Shown piece after piece: positions 1 through 9,725 of a stretch of DNA of 34,630 nucleotides. Every line of letters starts with the position of its first letter. Within the stretch, counting starts at the first letter, position 1. Below the pieces are notes generated by a model. It did no database searches, had not been told where the DNA came from, and saw nothing but the letters and a program-made list of their open reading frames with translations. The DNA is from Candidatus Mnemosynella bozhongmuii (GTDB lineage Archaea; Halobacteriota; Archaeoglobi; Mnemosynellales; Mnemosynellaceae): positions 1 to 34,630 of the forward strand of contig JACIWD010000079.1 of assembly GCA_014361165.1 (NCBI GenBank). The letters are read 5' to 3'. A program made the translations under genes and the position numbers.

Positions 1-114
1 GGACCGCTTCTTCAAGAAGATAAAGACATATTCGTTAAACCAGCCTACCTTGTGAAACTCTATTGTGAATGCTCTATCGAAAATCTCAGGGCCGGAGAAG
101 CCAAGTCGTTTCAT
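1..114 (-). CDS. 5' end of an unidentified protein-coding gene running off the left edge (38 codons visible: MKRLGFSGPEIFDRAFTIEFHKVGWFNEYVFIFLKKRS...)
   Basis: ATG at 114-112 is preceded by an in-frame stop (123-121). The frame is open to position 1 and divergent from the cupin gene. No family recognised. Confidence 0.3.
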   Translation of the reverse strand, partial: MKRLGFSGPEIFDRAFTIEFHKVGWFNEYVFIFLKKRS

Positions 115-243
115 CCATGCTCACAGTCCCGGTGATGCAGTCCTCTCAAAATCCATAGAATGCGCCAGCAATAAATTAACAGAACCATCAGAGGGAGGAT
201 TTTTATATGAAGGATGACAGAACTGTGGGAGAGGTGAAAGATT

Positions 244-660
244 ATGAAGCGAGAGGATTTTCCGGTCGCAAGCGAGGAGGAAAGGAAGAAATATGTTGTG
301 AGACCTTATGAAGAGATTCCCTTAACCGAGCTCACATCCGGAGCTCTTTCGCACCTTCTCAGAAGTGAGAACGTGCTTGTGAGCTTTTTAACAATGAAGG
401 CGGGAAGCATCTTTGAGCTTCACAGCCATCCTGAGGAGCAGATAATGATCGTCATAGACGGTTACTGCGATGAAATCATAGACGGGAAGATTTACAGGGT
501 TCAGAAAGGAGATGTTCTCTATCTTCCTCCAAATGTTGTTCACGGTGCCTTCATCGGAGATGTTGACTGCAAGGTGATTGACATTTTCTATCCTGTGAGG
601 GGGGATTACATCAGGAAATACCGTGAGCAGAATCCAGAAGCGAAAATGTTCTTCCTCTGA
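244..660 (+). CDS. Cupin-domain protein (cupin_2-like)
   Basis: Two-motif cupin signature HSHPEEQIMIVIDG ... GDVLYLPPNVVHGAF. GAGGTGA Shine-Dalgarno-like element just upstream of the ATG. Confidence 0.85.
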   Translation: MKREDFPVASEEERKKYVVRPYEEIPLTELTSGALSHLLRSENVLVSFLTMKAGSIFELHSHPEEQIMIVIDGYCDEIIDGKIYRVQKGDVLYLPPNVVHGAFIGDVDCKVIDIFYPVRGDYIRKYREQNPEAKMFFL

Positions 661-662
661 GC

Positions 663-1334
663 ATGCTGGGGACCATCATTAATTCGGCAAGCATTCTGAT
701 AGCTTCGCTTGCCGGAGTTCTCATAGGAGAGAGGTTGAATGAAGGGCTGAGAGGAGCTCTCATGAATGTCCTCGGGCTCCCTGTGATTCTCATAGGGCTT
801 CAGATGGCTCTGAAGACTGAGAATGTCCTCATACCAACCCTCAGCGTTGCTCTTGGCGTCATCTTCGGAGAGCTTTTGGGAATTGAAGAGAGGCTGGAGA
901 AAATTGGAAGAGCTCTTGAGGTGAGGCTGAAGAGAGGACGCTTTACTGAAGGTTTCGTGACCGCAACTCTTCTCTACTGCGTCGGTCCGATGGCAATCCT
1001 GGGTCCAATGCAGGAGGGTCTCACCGGAGATTCCTCAATTCTTCTTGCCAAGTCAATGCTCGATGGAGTTGCCTCGATTGTTCTTGCCTCCGCTCTCGGA
1101 ATAGGAGTTGCCTTCTCAGCCCTCAGCGTCCTTCTCTATCAGGGCTCCTTCTTTCTCCTTGCTTCCCGGCTCAGCTCTCTGATGAGCGAGATGATGATAA
1201 AAGAGTTCACGGCAACCGGAGGTCTTCTGATTGTTGCCATAGGGATAAATCTTCTTGAGCTCAGAAAACTCAGAGTTGGCAACATGCTTCCCGCTCTTCT
1301 CATTGCCCCTCTCGCAACTTTTTTCTTCTTCTGA
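663..1334 (+). CDS. DUF554-family integral membrane protein
   Basis: N-terminus MLGTIINSASILIASLAGVLIGERL is typical of DUF554. Multiple hydrophobic helices throughout. Starts 2 nt after the cupin stop. Confidence 0.8.
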   Translation: MLGTIINSASILIASLAGVLIGERLNEGLRGALMNVLGLPVILIGLQMALKTENVLIPTLSVALGVIFGELLGIEERLEKIGRALEVRLKRGRFTEGFVTATLLYCVGPMAILGPMQEGLTGDSSILLAKSMLDGVASIVLASALGIGVAFSALSVLLYQGSFFLLASRLSSLMSEMMIKEFTATGGLLIVAIGINLLELRKLRVGNMLPALLIAPLATFFFF

Positions 1335-1390
1335 AGATGAAATAAAAAGGAATTTATATCCCTGCGTGTCAAAAATTCCTCTTCCGAGGT

Positions 1391-2062
1391 GTGAGGATGA
1401 TAATCTATTTCCCGGGATGCACCACGTCTCAGAGATTCCCTGAAATCAGGGAGAAGTTTGAGAAGATTCTGAGAAAACTCGGAGTTGAATACAGAGTATT
1501 CGATGAGCTCTGTTGCGGTTCAGTCCTCAGAAACACGGGCTTCAGGGATGAATTCGAGGAGAACAGGAGAAAACTGATTGAAAAAATGCCGGAAGGAGAG
1601 CTTATAGTTACTGGGTGTCCGGGATGTCTTTCAACTTTCAGAGAGGAGTTTCCCGAGCTTCCGGAGGCAGTTCACATTTCAGAATTCCTTCTCGAAGTCA
1701 TTGATGAGAGGAGAGGGATGAATCAGAGGGTTGCGTACCATGACCCGTGTCATCTTGGCAGAGGTCTTGGAATTTATGATGCTCCGAGAGAGCTCCTTCG
1801 AAGGCTTGGAATTGGTGTTGTGGAGATGGAGAGGAGCAGAGAATTTTCATGGTGCTGCGGTGGTGGAGGAGGAGTCAGAATGTCTTTTCCGGAGCTCTCG
1901 AAAAAGCTCTCCGAGATGAGAATCAGAGAGGCTGAAAATCTCGGAGTTTCCCGCCTCGTGACCTCGTGTCCTTTCTGTTTGAGAAATCTCAGCGAGGCTT
2001 CAGAATCTCTTGAGGTGAGAGATCTGATCGAGGTTGTTGAGGAGGCTCTTGAAGATGATTGA
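1391..2062 (+). CDS. Cysteine-rich CCG-domain Fe-S oxidoreductase (LutA/GlcF/HdrB-like)
   Basis: Two CCG-type motifs (DELCCGS; FSWCCGGGGG), plus TGCPGC and DPCHLGR. The GTG at 1391 or the ATG at 1397 are both possible starts. Confidence 0.8.
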   Translation: MRMIIYFPGCTTSQRFPEIREKFEKILRKLGVEYRVFDELCCGSVLRNTGFRDEFEENRRKLIEKMPEGELIVTGCPGCLSTFREEFPELPEAVHISEFLLEVIDERRGMNQRVAYHDPCHLGRGLGIYDAPRELLRRLGIGVVEMERSREFSWCCGGGGGVRMSFPELSKKLSEMRIREAENLGVSRLVTSCPFCLRNLSEASESLEVRDLIEVVEEALEDD

Positions 2063-3290
2063 TGAACTTCCGAGGCTGCTTCAGGATGACGAGAAGATAG
2101 AGACAAGGATGAGGAGCTTCTCCCTCGTGATTCAGCGACTGAGAGAGGAGATGACCGAAGAGCAGAGGGAGGCGGTCAGAAGACTTAAGGAGAGAAGGGA
2201 TGAGGCAATAAGGAATCTTGATGAGCTTCTTAAAATTGCGGAGGAGAATTTTGAGAATTCCGGATGCAGTGTTTTCAGAGCCAGGACCGGAGAGGATGCT
2301 CTGAAATACATCTTCGAGGAGATCGGAGATGAGGAGATGGTTGTCAAAGCGAAATCGAATGTTCTGAGAGAGATTGAATTTGATGAGAGAGCAGCGGAGA
2401 TGGGAATCAGCGTTATTCCAACTGACGTGGGTGACAGAATAGTGGAGCTTCTGAACGAGGAAATAACCCATCCAACAGGTCCGGCTGCTCACCTCTCCTC
2501 GAAATTCATAGCAGAGAGACTTTCCGAGATCTTCGGGACGAAAATACCTCCTGAGCCCGAGGCAATTGCGAATTTCATAAGGGATGACACTCTCAAATAC
2601 ATCATGAAGGCGAAAGTCGGTATAAGCGGTGCAAATTCATTCTCCTCGGAAGGAGTCATCTCTCTTGTTCACTCTGAGGGAAACATCAGTCTTGTTACGA
2701 GAATTCCTGAAAAGCACATTGCAGTTCTCGCAATAGACAGAATAGTGCGGAGCACAGAGGACACTGTTACATTTGCCAAGGTTCAATCTCTGTATGCTCT
2801 CGGAAAACCAATAACTGCTTACGTTGATCTCATCTCCGGTCCCAGCAAGACAGGAGATATAGAGAAGAAAATCGTGAAAGGAATGTATGGGCCAAAGGAA
2901 ATGCACGTGATTCTCCTGGATAACGGCAGAAGAGAGCTGATAAGAAGGTTTCCGGAACTTGCAAGATGCATAGGCTGCGGAGCATGTGTTCTGGTCTGCC
3001 CGGTCTCAAATGTTGCAGCTCCCCTCTTCGGATTTACCGGACACAGAAGTGCAAGAGGAATTGCATATTCCTATTTCATCGAGGGTCCTGAGAGAGCTGT
3101 TGAGAGAGGACTCTTTCTGTGCACGACCTGCAACTCATGTGCATCAATCTGCCCGATGGAGATAGAGCTTCCCGAAATAATAAGGGAACTCAGGAGAGAG
3201 GCGGTTAAAAGAGGACTTGCTCCGGAAGCTCAGAGAGTTGCCGCGAGAAGAATTCTGGAGGAGGGATCTCCATATCCGAAGAGGAAGTGA
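2034..3290 (+). CDS. LUD-domain / 2x[4Fe-4S] protein (LutB-like lactate-utilisation protein)
   Basis: Two ferredoxin-type clusters, CIGCGACVLVCP and CTTCNSCASICP, follow a LUD-like domain. An in-frame alternative ATG at 2055 would overlap the upstream stop by 8 nt. Confidence 0.8.
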   Translation: MLRRLLKMIDELPRLLQDDEKIETRMRSFSLVIQRLREEMTEEQREAVRRLKERRDEAIRNLDELLKIAEENFENSGCSVFRARTGEDALKYIFEEIGDEEMVVKAKSNVLREIEFDERAAEMGISVIPTDVGDRIVELLNEEITHPTGPAAHLSSKFIAERLSEIFGTKIPPEPEAIANFIRDDTLKYIMKAKVGISGANSFSSEGVISLVHSEGNISLVTRIPEKHIAVLAIDRIVRSTEDTVTFAKVQSLYALGKPITAYVDLISGPSKTGDIEKKIVKGMYGPKEMHVILLDNGRRELIRRFPELARCIGCGACVLVCPVSNVAAPLFGFTGHRSARGIAYSYFIEGPERAVERGLFLCTTCNSCASICPMEIELPEIIRELRREAVKRGLAPEAQRVAARRILEEGSPYPKRK

Positions 3291-3517
3291 TAAAGATCAG
3301 AAGCCTTGAGGAGTATCTGAAAGCTCTGGAGGAATACGGGATAGAGGAGAGCTTCACAGCACTCAGAAAGCTCAGATTGAAGAGTGGGAAACCTGTGATA
3401 GTGAGAAGAAGCGTGGCAGAGGAGTTGAGAAAGAGATATAACAAGAGTGTGAGAGCATTTTACGGAGCAAACAGAGACGTTCAGTTTGAGGTTCACAGGA
3501 CTCTTGACGAGCTATGA
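3287..3517 (+). CDS. Small basic/helical hypothetical protein (76 aa)
   Basis: The GTG start overlaps the upstream stop (GTGA) and the stop overlaps the next ATG (ATGA). Codon usage resembles the neighbours. No family recognised. Confidence 0.55.
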   Translation: MIKIRSLEEYLKALEEYGIEESFTALRKLRLKSGKPVIVRRSVAEELRKRYNKSVRAFYGANRDVQFEVHRTLDEL

Positions 3518-3930
3518 AACCGAAGTTTGTTGCTGACGAGATGCTGGGAAAGCTTGCAAGGTGGATGAGGATTTTCGGTTGCGATGTTTCAGAGGTAAGA
3601 GGAGATGACGAGCTTCTGGAAGAGGCTAAAAAAGGAAGAATTCTCCTGACAAGGGACAGAGAGCTTTACAGAAGGGCTCTTCTCATGAAGCTCGATGCAT
3701 ATCTTCTGAGCTCCGATGAGCTTGAGGAGCAGCTTTTTGAAGTTTTCTCAAACTTCAATCTCAGGACTGATGAGCCCGAGAGGTGCACGGTCTGCAACGG
3801 ACTGCTTGAGGAGGTTGAAGGAGAGAAGTGGAGGTGCAGGGAATGCGGGAAGGAGTACTGGATCGGCTCTCACTGGAAGGGGATAGAAGAAAGGAGGAGA
3901 AGGCTCGAGAGAAGACTCTCCTCGGAGTGA
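3514..3930 (+). CDS. Mut7-C RNase domain protein (DUF82; PIN-like nuclease with C-terminal zinc ribbon)
   Basis: KFVADEMLGKLARWMRIFG ... ILLTRDRELYRR ... RCTVCNG..(x)..CRECGKEYWIGSHW matches the Mut7-C/DUF82 pattern. Confidence 0.8.
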   Translation: MKPKFVADEMLGKLARWMRIFGCDVSEVRGDDELLEEAKKGRILLTRDRELYRRALLMKLDAYLLSSDELEEQLFEVFSNFNLRTDEPERCTVCNGLLEEVEGEKWRCRECGKEYWIGSHWKGIEERRRRLERRLSSE

Positions 3931-4649
3931 GCTCTTCGAGTCTAAGAGAGTTTCCATTTGAGAAGAGGCTGGAAATTGCTCAGAGAGAGGGTTTCAGGCT
4001 GATGGAAATAAACCTGAATTACGATCCTCTTGAAACGGTCAAACCCTTTAAGGATTATCTATCCTCAGCTCCACTTCTCATTTCCATTCACTCAAATCAC
4101 GACAGGCTGAACTTCTCGTGCAGCGCTGAGAGCTCCCTCAGGATCTTGGAGGAGGAAATTTCCCTTGCAGAAGAGATCGGCGCCTCGTATTACATCTTCC
4201 ATGTTACAAAAGACGGGAATCTCGACGAGATCATCGAATTTCTCAAAGAAGTGCTCCCGAAGAATATTCCCGCGATTTACGAGAACTCCGGAGTGGGAAA
4301 TGGAGCTTCAGAGGAGGATATTGAGAAGATACTCAAAACTCTCAATGTTGGCATGAATCTTGATGTCGGTCATCTCTGGAGAGCTCTTCACAACGGAAGT
4401 CTGAAGGGAGGAATTCAGGATTTTCTGAGAAGATTCAGAAAGAGGATAAAATACCTTCACCTGCATGATAACGATGGAATCCATGACCATCACTGGGCAA
4501 TAGGAAGAGGAAGTGTTCCGTTTGAGATCATCTTGCACGAGCTCAATCTCAGAGAAGTCCCTCTGGTTATAGAAACAAGAGGAAGTTATGAGGATGTGAG
4601 GATTTCAAAAGAAGTGCTGAAGAAGTGGATCACCTTCTCCTCTCCTTAG
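3927..4649 (+). CDS. Xylose-isomerase-like TIM-barrel protein (sugar phosphate isomerase/epimerase family)
   Basis: AP_endonuc_2-like pattern ([31 protein letters not shown]). The long ORF from 3828 overlaps the Mut7-C gene by 103 nt. I place the start at GTG 3927 (GTGA overlap with the upstream stop); ATG 4002 is the alternative. Confidence 0.75.
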   Translation: MSSSSLREFPFEKRLEIAQREGFRLMEINLNYDPLETVKPFKDYLSSAPLLISIHSNHDRLNFSCSAESSLRILEEEISLAEEIGASYYIFHVTKDGNLDEIIEFLKEVLPKNIPAIYENSGVGNGASEEDIEKILKTLNVGMNLDVGHLWRALHNGSLKGGIQDFLRRFRKRIKYLHLHDNDGIHDHHWAIGRGSVPFEIILHELNLREVPLVIETRGSYEDVRISKEVLKKWITFSSP

Positions 4650-4776
4650 ACTTCGGTCTGAGTCCCTTGTACCCGCACTTCCTGCACTTTGTTGCTTTCA
4701 TGGCATTCTTTGCGTTGCATCTCATGCATATCTTCACATTGAAAAGCCTGTTTTCTGCTTCCGGAAACCTCGCCAT
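4630..4776 (-). CDS. rpl40e: 50S ribosomal protein L40e
   Basis: [48 protein letters not shown] is a typical 48-aa L40e with a CxxC..CxxC ribbon. The 73-aa ORF was trimmed to the internal Met. Confidence 0.85.
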   Translation of the reverse strand: MARFPEAENRLFNVKICMRCNAKNAMKATKCRKCGYKGLRPKSKERRR

Positions 4777-4804
4777 GGGAGATATTCTGAAGGACTTCTC
4801 GGAT

Positions 4805-5323
4805 TTAAGCTTTTCCCTCTCCCACCTCCATCTCGTAGTCAATTTTTTCAATCTCCTCTCTCGAGCTCATGCTGTAATCTTCGAGGAGCTCTCTGTTCAT
4901 CTCGAGAAAAACCTCTCCCCACTTGAACTTCCTCATAAGCTCTCTCGCCAGCTCTCTTTCTCCGAGAATATACAGGGCTGCGCTGAGAGCTTCCGCCGTG
5001 CTCAGCTCTCTCGGATGCCCGAAATTCGTTGGGTTTGCGGGAACCAGAAATGGCAGTCTTCTGTGAATGAAGCTTCCGAGCCTGAATCTTCCTTTATTCA
5101 CCCTGTTCCATGAACAGTCGAAGGCAGCAATCCCTCTTTTCAGATATTTCGCATCTTCAGGTGCCAGGAGCTCTTTCGCATACGGGTTCAGAAGAATGGT
5201 TCTTGGAGGAATTTCCTCAACCCTCTTTTTCACTCTAACAAGACCAAATTTTTCAAGCTTCAGAGCCGTGCACTTCTTCGGATTGCATTCTTCAGCGTGA
5301 TAAACGTATATTCTGAGAGTCAA
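4805..5323 (-). CDS. tsr3: 16S rRNA aminocarboxypropyltransferase Tsr3 (DUF367 family)
   Basis: N-terminus [27 protein letters not shown] and FDCSW are typical of Tsr3. Confidence 0.85.
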   Translation of the reverse strand: MTLRIYVYHAEECNPKKCTALKLEKFGLVRVKKRVEEIPPRTILLNPYAKELLAPEDAKYLKRGIAAFDCSWNRVNKGRFRLGSFIHRRLPFLVPANPTNFGHPRELSTAEALSAALYILGERELARELMRKFKWGEVFLEMNRELLEDYSMSSREEIEKIDYEMEVGEGKA

Positions 5324-6342
5324 ATCGGAATATCACCTCTCTTCCTCCATAAAAACGATCTCACAAGTCCGAAACATCCTGTGAGCATCATGTCCCCATA
5401 AGGAGCTGGAAATTCTCCCTCAATTCCAGAATTTCTTATTTTCTCTCTTCTCGGACCAACTATGAGGGTTCTCTCCACCCTTCCAGCTCTCTCAAGAATC
5501 AGCGCACCGTGACCTCCTGCTGAAAAAACCTCCTCAAACCTGAGCTCTCCTTTTATGAACTTCTCGATCATCTTCGGATAGCTCTCATCAACCATTCTTG
5601 TATGGTGCTCGAAGATCCCAAGCAAATATCCATCCTCAACAATTCCAGCCAGCGTGTGCCCGTTTCCTGCATTTATTATGAGGGTTCTCTCAGAAGATCT
5701 CGGAGATGCTCCTGCGAGAGCAGAAAAGCCTGTGTCCATGACTATGCAATCTCTGAAATCTCTCTCAGCAATTCTTGCGACAGCTTTCATTCTCGTGAGA
5801 TAATCGGGAGGATCCTCGAATGAGAGATTGAAAAGAAAGTTATCTTTTTGGAGCATCTCCCTCATCCATCTGAATCTGAAAACCCGGTTGCTCTCAAACG
5901 GCGAGAATCCGTGATCCTGGACTGCAACGGCTATGCTCTCCGGAAGCTCGACTTCAAAATTTCTTAAAAATTCTCTCAGCTCATCCAGAGGAATGTCTCC
6001 TGTTTTCAGAGCAATGGCATCGGAATTTTCTGTTATTATGACTCCGAGCTCCCTAACTTTCTCGAGATTATCATGAAGGGTTTTTGCGGATTCCTCTGTT
6101 GCATAAACCTTCAATCCACTCTCTATATGCTCTCTGACAGCCTGCAGAATCGGGCCTCCACCCATCACATGACCGTAAAGGAAAACATCCTGCCTGTTTC
6201 TCGTGGCCTTCCTTATTTTTTCAGCAAGAACTCTGGTTGCAGAGGGAAGAATCAGCTTCACGCAGTTCTCAATTTCCCTTCCCTCTTCATAAAGAAGAAC
6301 ATCTGTTGTTCCTGTTCCAACATCAAGAGCGAGAACTTCCAT
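5320..6342 (-). CDS. DUF1786-like ASKHA (actin/sugar-kinase fold) protein
   Basis: Phosphate-1 like motif [12 protein letters not shown], later MDTGFSA and NAGNGHT. A GGAGGG SD lies 6 nt upstream of ATG 6342, so the longer 6375 start is rejected. Confidence 0.7.
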   Translation of the reverse strand: MEVLALDVGTGTTDVLLYEEGREIENCVKLILPSATRVLAEKIRKATRNRQDVFLYGHVMGGGPILQAVREHIESGLKVYATEESAKTLHDNLEKVRELGVIITENSDAIALKTGDIPLDELREFLRNFEVELPESIAVAVQDHGFSPFESNRVFRFRWMREMLQKDNFLFNLSFEDPPDYLTRMKAVARIAERDFRDCIVMDTGFSALAGASPRSSERTLIINAGNGHTLAGIVEDGYLLGIFEHHTRMVDESYPKMIEKFIKGELRFEEVFSAGGHGALILERAGRVERTLIVGPRREKIRNSGIEGEFPAPYGDMMLTGCFGLVRSFLWRKRGDIPI

Positions 6343-8326
6343 TTTTCTCCCTCCATTCCTCATAACTGCATGCAACGCACCCGAGATTCCATGTTCCCTT
6401 CTTGTTGATTATTTTTATTTTTCTTATACCGTGCTTTTCGCAGAGCTCCTTTGTCATGACTATTCTTCCGGAGGGAGGGAGAGGAAGCGTGAATCTGCAG
6501 TTCGGATAGCCGGTGCAGCCAACAAATCTCCCCTTTTTCCCCTTCCTTATCACGAGATCTGAGCCGCATTCCGGGCATTTTCCAAAAACTCTCTCCTCGG
6601 AGAGCCCTCTGTTCATCGAATCCGAGATTTCTTCCTTTCTGCTGTAAAGAACATCGATAACCTTTCTCAGCATCTCTTTGGACTCCTCTATGACTTCTTT
6701 TTCGGTTTTCTTACCCTCAGCTATTCTGTCCATCTCTTCTTCAAGCATTCTCGTCATCTCTGGCTTTGTTATGACTTCGGCATATTTTCTGAGCGTCTCA
6801 ACAACAAGAATTCCTGTTTTGGTCGGCCTGAGAGGATTTCCGTGAGCATATCCTCTGGAGTAAATCTTAGAGATTATCTCGTGCCTCGTTGATTTCGTTC
6901 CAAGTCCGAGCTTTTCCATGAGCTTTATCAGTCTTCCCTGCCCGTATCTCTGAGGAGGCTCGGTCTTCTTCTCCTCAAGTCTGATTTTCTTGACTCTGAG
7001 AGAATCTCCTTCTTTCAGCTCGGGAAGAACAGACTCGTTTCTCTGAGAATACGGATAACATTTCAGCCATCCTTCGGAAATGATTCTTCTTCCGGTTACT
7101 CCGAAGGACTCTCCATTTATGTCAATTTTCACCTTCATGATCTCCCAGATGGCATCATCAGACAGGGTTGCGAGAAATCTTCTCACAACAAGCTCATAGA
7201 CCTTCCAGTGATCTCCTTTGAGCTCTTCTCTTGAAGCTGCTGCAACAGGATGAATCGGAGGATGATCGGTCGTCTCCTTTTTCCCTCTTGTTGCTCTTAT
7301 CTCCTTTTTGCTGAGAATTTCCTCGGCAAAACTTCTGAACTCTGTTTTTCTGAGCTCTTTCAAAATCTCTCTGAGATCGATGCTTGAGGGATAAACAGTG
7401 TTATCGGTTCTCGGATATGAGATGTATCCCGAAGTGTAGAGGTCTTCTGCAATCTGCATCGCTTTTGAGGCGCTGAGACCGATTGAGGAGGCTGAGGCCA
7501 GAAAAGAGGTTGTGTCAAATGGAGCAGGAGGCTTTTCAGCTCTTCTCGACCTCTCAACAGAGATAACCTCTCCTCTGTTCCCGAGTTTCCTCACAGTGCT
7601 TTCTGCTTCCTCCCTGGCTTCAAATCTCCCTTTCAGGTGCTTTGCTGAGAAGCCCTCGTGAAAATCAGCATATATTTCCCAGTAGGGCACGGGTTTGAAG
7701 TTCTCAATTTCTTTCTCTCTGTCCACGAGAAGTCTCAGAGTTGGAGACTGAACTCTTCCCGCGGAAAGGAAGTTTTTGCCATATCTCTTTGCACTTAAGG
7801 AGAGAAATCGGGTTAAAACAGCTCCCCAGATCAGATCTATTATCTGTCTCGATCTTGCTGCGCTCGCAAGATTGAAATCAACTTCCTGAAGCCTGTTGAA
7901 GGCTTCCCTTATCTCTTTCGGCGTTATTGCGCTGTATTTGGCTCTTTTGAAGGTCACAGAAGGATTCACTCTCCTTATTATTTCAAGAGCCTCAACTCCG
8001 ATGAGCTCGCCTTCTCTGTCATAATCGGTTGCGATGATGACTTCATCGACTCTGGGTGCGAGTTCCTCGAGAAATGATACTATGCTCTTCTCTGTGGGAA
8101 CTGTGATTACCGGAGCGTCTATGAGCTCTCTCAGATCAACCTTTTTCCAGTTCTTCAGCTCTTCCGGAAAATCCGGAGATACAATATGCCCTCTGAGACC
8201 GAGAACGATGGTATTATCGAAAACATAGTAGTTTATCTTTCCCTTTTTTCTGCTCTCCACTTTGCTGCTCAGAATTGATGCTATCCTCTTCGCTGTGTTG
8301 TGCTTCTCAGTTATTATCAATCTCAT
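6323..8326 (-). CDS. topA: Type IA DNA topoisomerase (archaeal topoisomerase I/III-like)
   Basis: Toprim motifs (LIITEK; ATDYDREGE), catalytic-Tyr motif [10 protein letters not shown], and C-terminal zinc ribbons CPECGS...CTGYPNC. Confidence 0.9.
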   Translation of the reverse strand: MRLIITEKHNTAKRIASILSSKVESRKKGKINYYVFDNTIVLGLRGHIVSPDFPEELKNWKKVDLRELIDAPVITVPTEKSIVSFLEELAPRVDEVIIATDYDREGELIGVEALEIIRRVNPSVTFKRAKYSAITPKEIREAFNRLQEVDFNLASAARSRQIIDLIWGAVLTRFLSLSAKRYGKNFLSAGRVQSPTLRLLVDREKEIENFKPVPYWEIYADFHEGFSAKHLKGRFEAREEAESTVRKLGNRGEVISVERSRRAEKPPAPFDTTSFLASASSIGLSASKAMQIAEDLYTSGYISYPRTDNTVYPSSIDLREILKELRKTEFRSFAEEILSKKEIRATRGKKETTDHPPIHPVAAASREELKGDHWKVYELVVRRFLATLSDDAIWEIMKVKIDINGESFGVTGRRIISEGWLKCYPYSQRNESVLPELKEGDSLRVKKIRLEEKKTEPPQRYGQGRLIKLMEKLGLGTKSTRHEIISKIYSRGYAHGNPLRPTKTGILVVETLRKYAEVITKPEMTRMLEEEMDRIAEGKKTEKEVIEESKEMLRKVIDVLYSRKEEISDSMNRGLSEERVFGKCPECGSDLVIRKGKKGRFVGCTGYPNCRFTLPLPPSGRIVMTKELCEKHGIRKIKIINKKGTWNLGCVACSYEEWREKNGSSRS

Positions 8327-9725
8327 TCAACTTCCTCTCGAGGAGTTCATAAACTCTGGAGGCATCCGCCCTTCCTCTGAGCTTCTTCATGACCTGACCG
8401 ACGAGATAGTTTATGGCCTCTTTCTTTCCAGAGAGATAATCTCTAACAGCTTTCTCGTTCTCCTCTATGACCGACGCAACGACACCCGGAAGGATGTCCT
8501 CATCCACCTTTCTGAGACCCTCTCTCTCCACTATCTCTCTCGGGTCTCCTCCCTCGTCGAGCATCTTTCTTATCACCATCACCGCGGCTTTATCCGAAAT
8601 CACATCCTCCTCGAGCAACTTCAGAAGTTCAGCCATCTTTTCAGGCGGGAAACAGTCCGAGATGCTCATATCCCTGTAATTCAGCTCACCCTTGAGAACA
8701 TCAGAAATCCATGCAGCTGCAAGCTTTGGAGAGACCTCCGAAGCAACTCTCTCAAAATAATCCGCAAGAGCTCTCTCACCGGTTAAAATCTTCGCATGCT
8801 CAACCGAGATCCCGTACTGGGCTATCAGCCTCTCTCTTCTTGCATCGGGAAGCTCGGGAAGCTCTGCTCTGAGTTTCTCAGCCCATCCGCTCAAATCCAT
8901 CGGAGGAAGATCCGGCTCCGGGAAATACCTGTAGTCGCTCTCCTCCTCCTTCACTCTGAGACTGACCGTGATCTCCTGAGATTCATCAAAATGTCTTGTC
9001 TCCATTTTTGGCTGAACTCCTCTCCTCAGAAGATTCTTCTGTCTGGTGATTTCAAAGGATAGAGCCTTCTCAACTCCCTTGAAGGAGGAAATGTTCTTTA
9101 TCTCAACCCTTGCGCCTCCCTCTATCGAAACATTGGCATCAACCCTCATGGCTCCCTCAAGAGATCCATCAAAAACATCGAGATATTCGAGAATGCTTCT
9201 CAGCTTGGATATGAATGCTCTTGCCTCCTTTGGAGAGTTCATATCCGGTTCGGTAACGATTTCTAAAAGGGGCATTCCCGATCTGTTATAATCTATGAGG
9301 GTGTATTTTGCTCTGTCAATCCTTCCGATATGCACGAGTCTTCCCGGATCCTCCTCCATGTGAATCCTCTTTATTCTGACTTTCTTCTCACCCTCATCTC
9401 CATCTATCATCACATATCCGTTCACTCCGACCGGAAAGTCATACTGAGAGATCTGAAATCCTTTCGGAAGATCCGGATAGAAGTAGTTCTTTCTGTAGAA
9501 CATCGTTCTCTCCTGAATTTCTGCGTTAAGGGCAAGAGCAACCTTACCAGCTGATTCAACAGCTTTTCTGTTTATTGTGGGCATCGTTCCCGGCAGGCCA
9601 AGGCAAACCGGGCAGACAACTGTGTTGGGAGGAGCGTGGTGATAGCTGGTGGGGGTTTTGCAGAACATCTTGCTCTTCAGCTTGTTCAGCTGAACATGAA
9701 CCTCGAGACCTATGAGAACCTTCAT
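8307..9725 (-). CDS. gatB: Asp-tRNA(Asn)/Glu-tRNA(Gln) amidotransferase subunit B
   Basis: IGLEVHVQL..., [20 protein letters not shown]-terminal YqeY-like tail. Shares 1 nt with the gatA stop (TGATG). Confidence 0.95.
   Translation of the reverse strand: MKVLIGLEVHVQLNKLKSKMFCKTPTSYHHAPPNTVVCPVCLGLPGTMPTINRKAVESAGKVALALNAEIQERTMFYRKNYFYPDLPKGFQISQYDFPVGVNGYVMIDGDEGEKKVRIKRIHMEEDPGRLVHIGRIDRAKYTLIDYNRSGMPLLEIVTEPDMNSPKEARAFISKLRSILEYLDVFDGSLEGAMRVDANVSIEGGARVEIKNISSFKGVEKALSFEITRQKNLLRRGVQPKMETRHFDESQEITVSLRVKEEESDYRYFPEPDLPPMDLSGWAEKLRAELPELPDARRERLIAQYGISVEHAKILTGERALADYFERVASEVSPKLAAAWISDVLKGELNYRDMSISDCFPPEKMAELLKLLEEDVISDKAAVMVIRKMLDEGGDPREIVEREGLRKVDEDILPGVVASVIEENEKAVRDYLSGKKEAINYLVGQVMKKLRGRADASRVYELLERKLNEIDNN

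Noticed and set aside
3828-3930. Long 5' extension of the TIM-barrel ORF overlapping the Mut7-C gene by 103 nt.
   Set aside because: The extension (MEVQGMREGVLDRLSLEGDRRKEEKAREKTLLG) is low-complexity and overlaps a well-supported gene. GTG 3927 gives the same GTGA coupling seen elsewhere in this operon.
4777-4851. 25-codon N-terminal extension of L40e (the 73-aa ORF version).
   Set aside because: L40e proteins are about 48-56 aa and start at MARFPEAE-like sequences. The extension would also overlap the tsr3 3' end.
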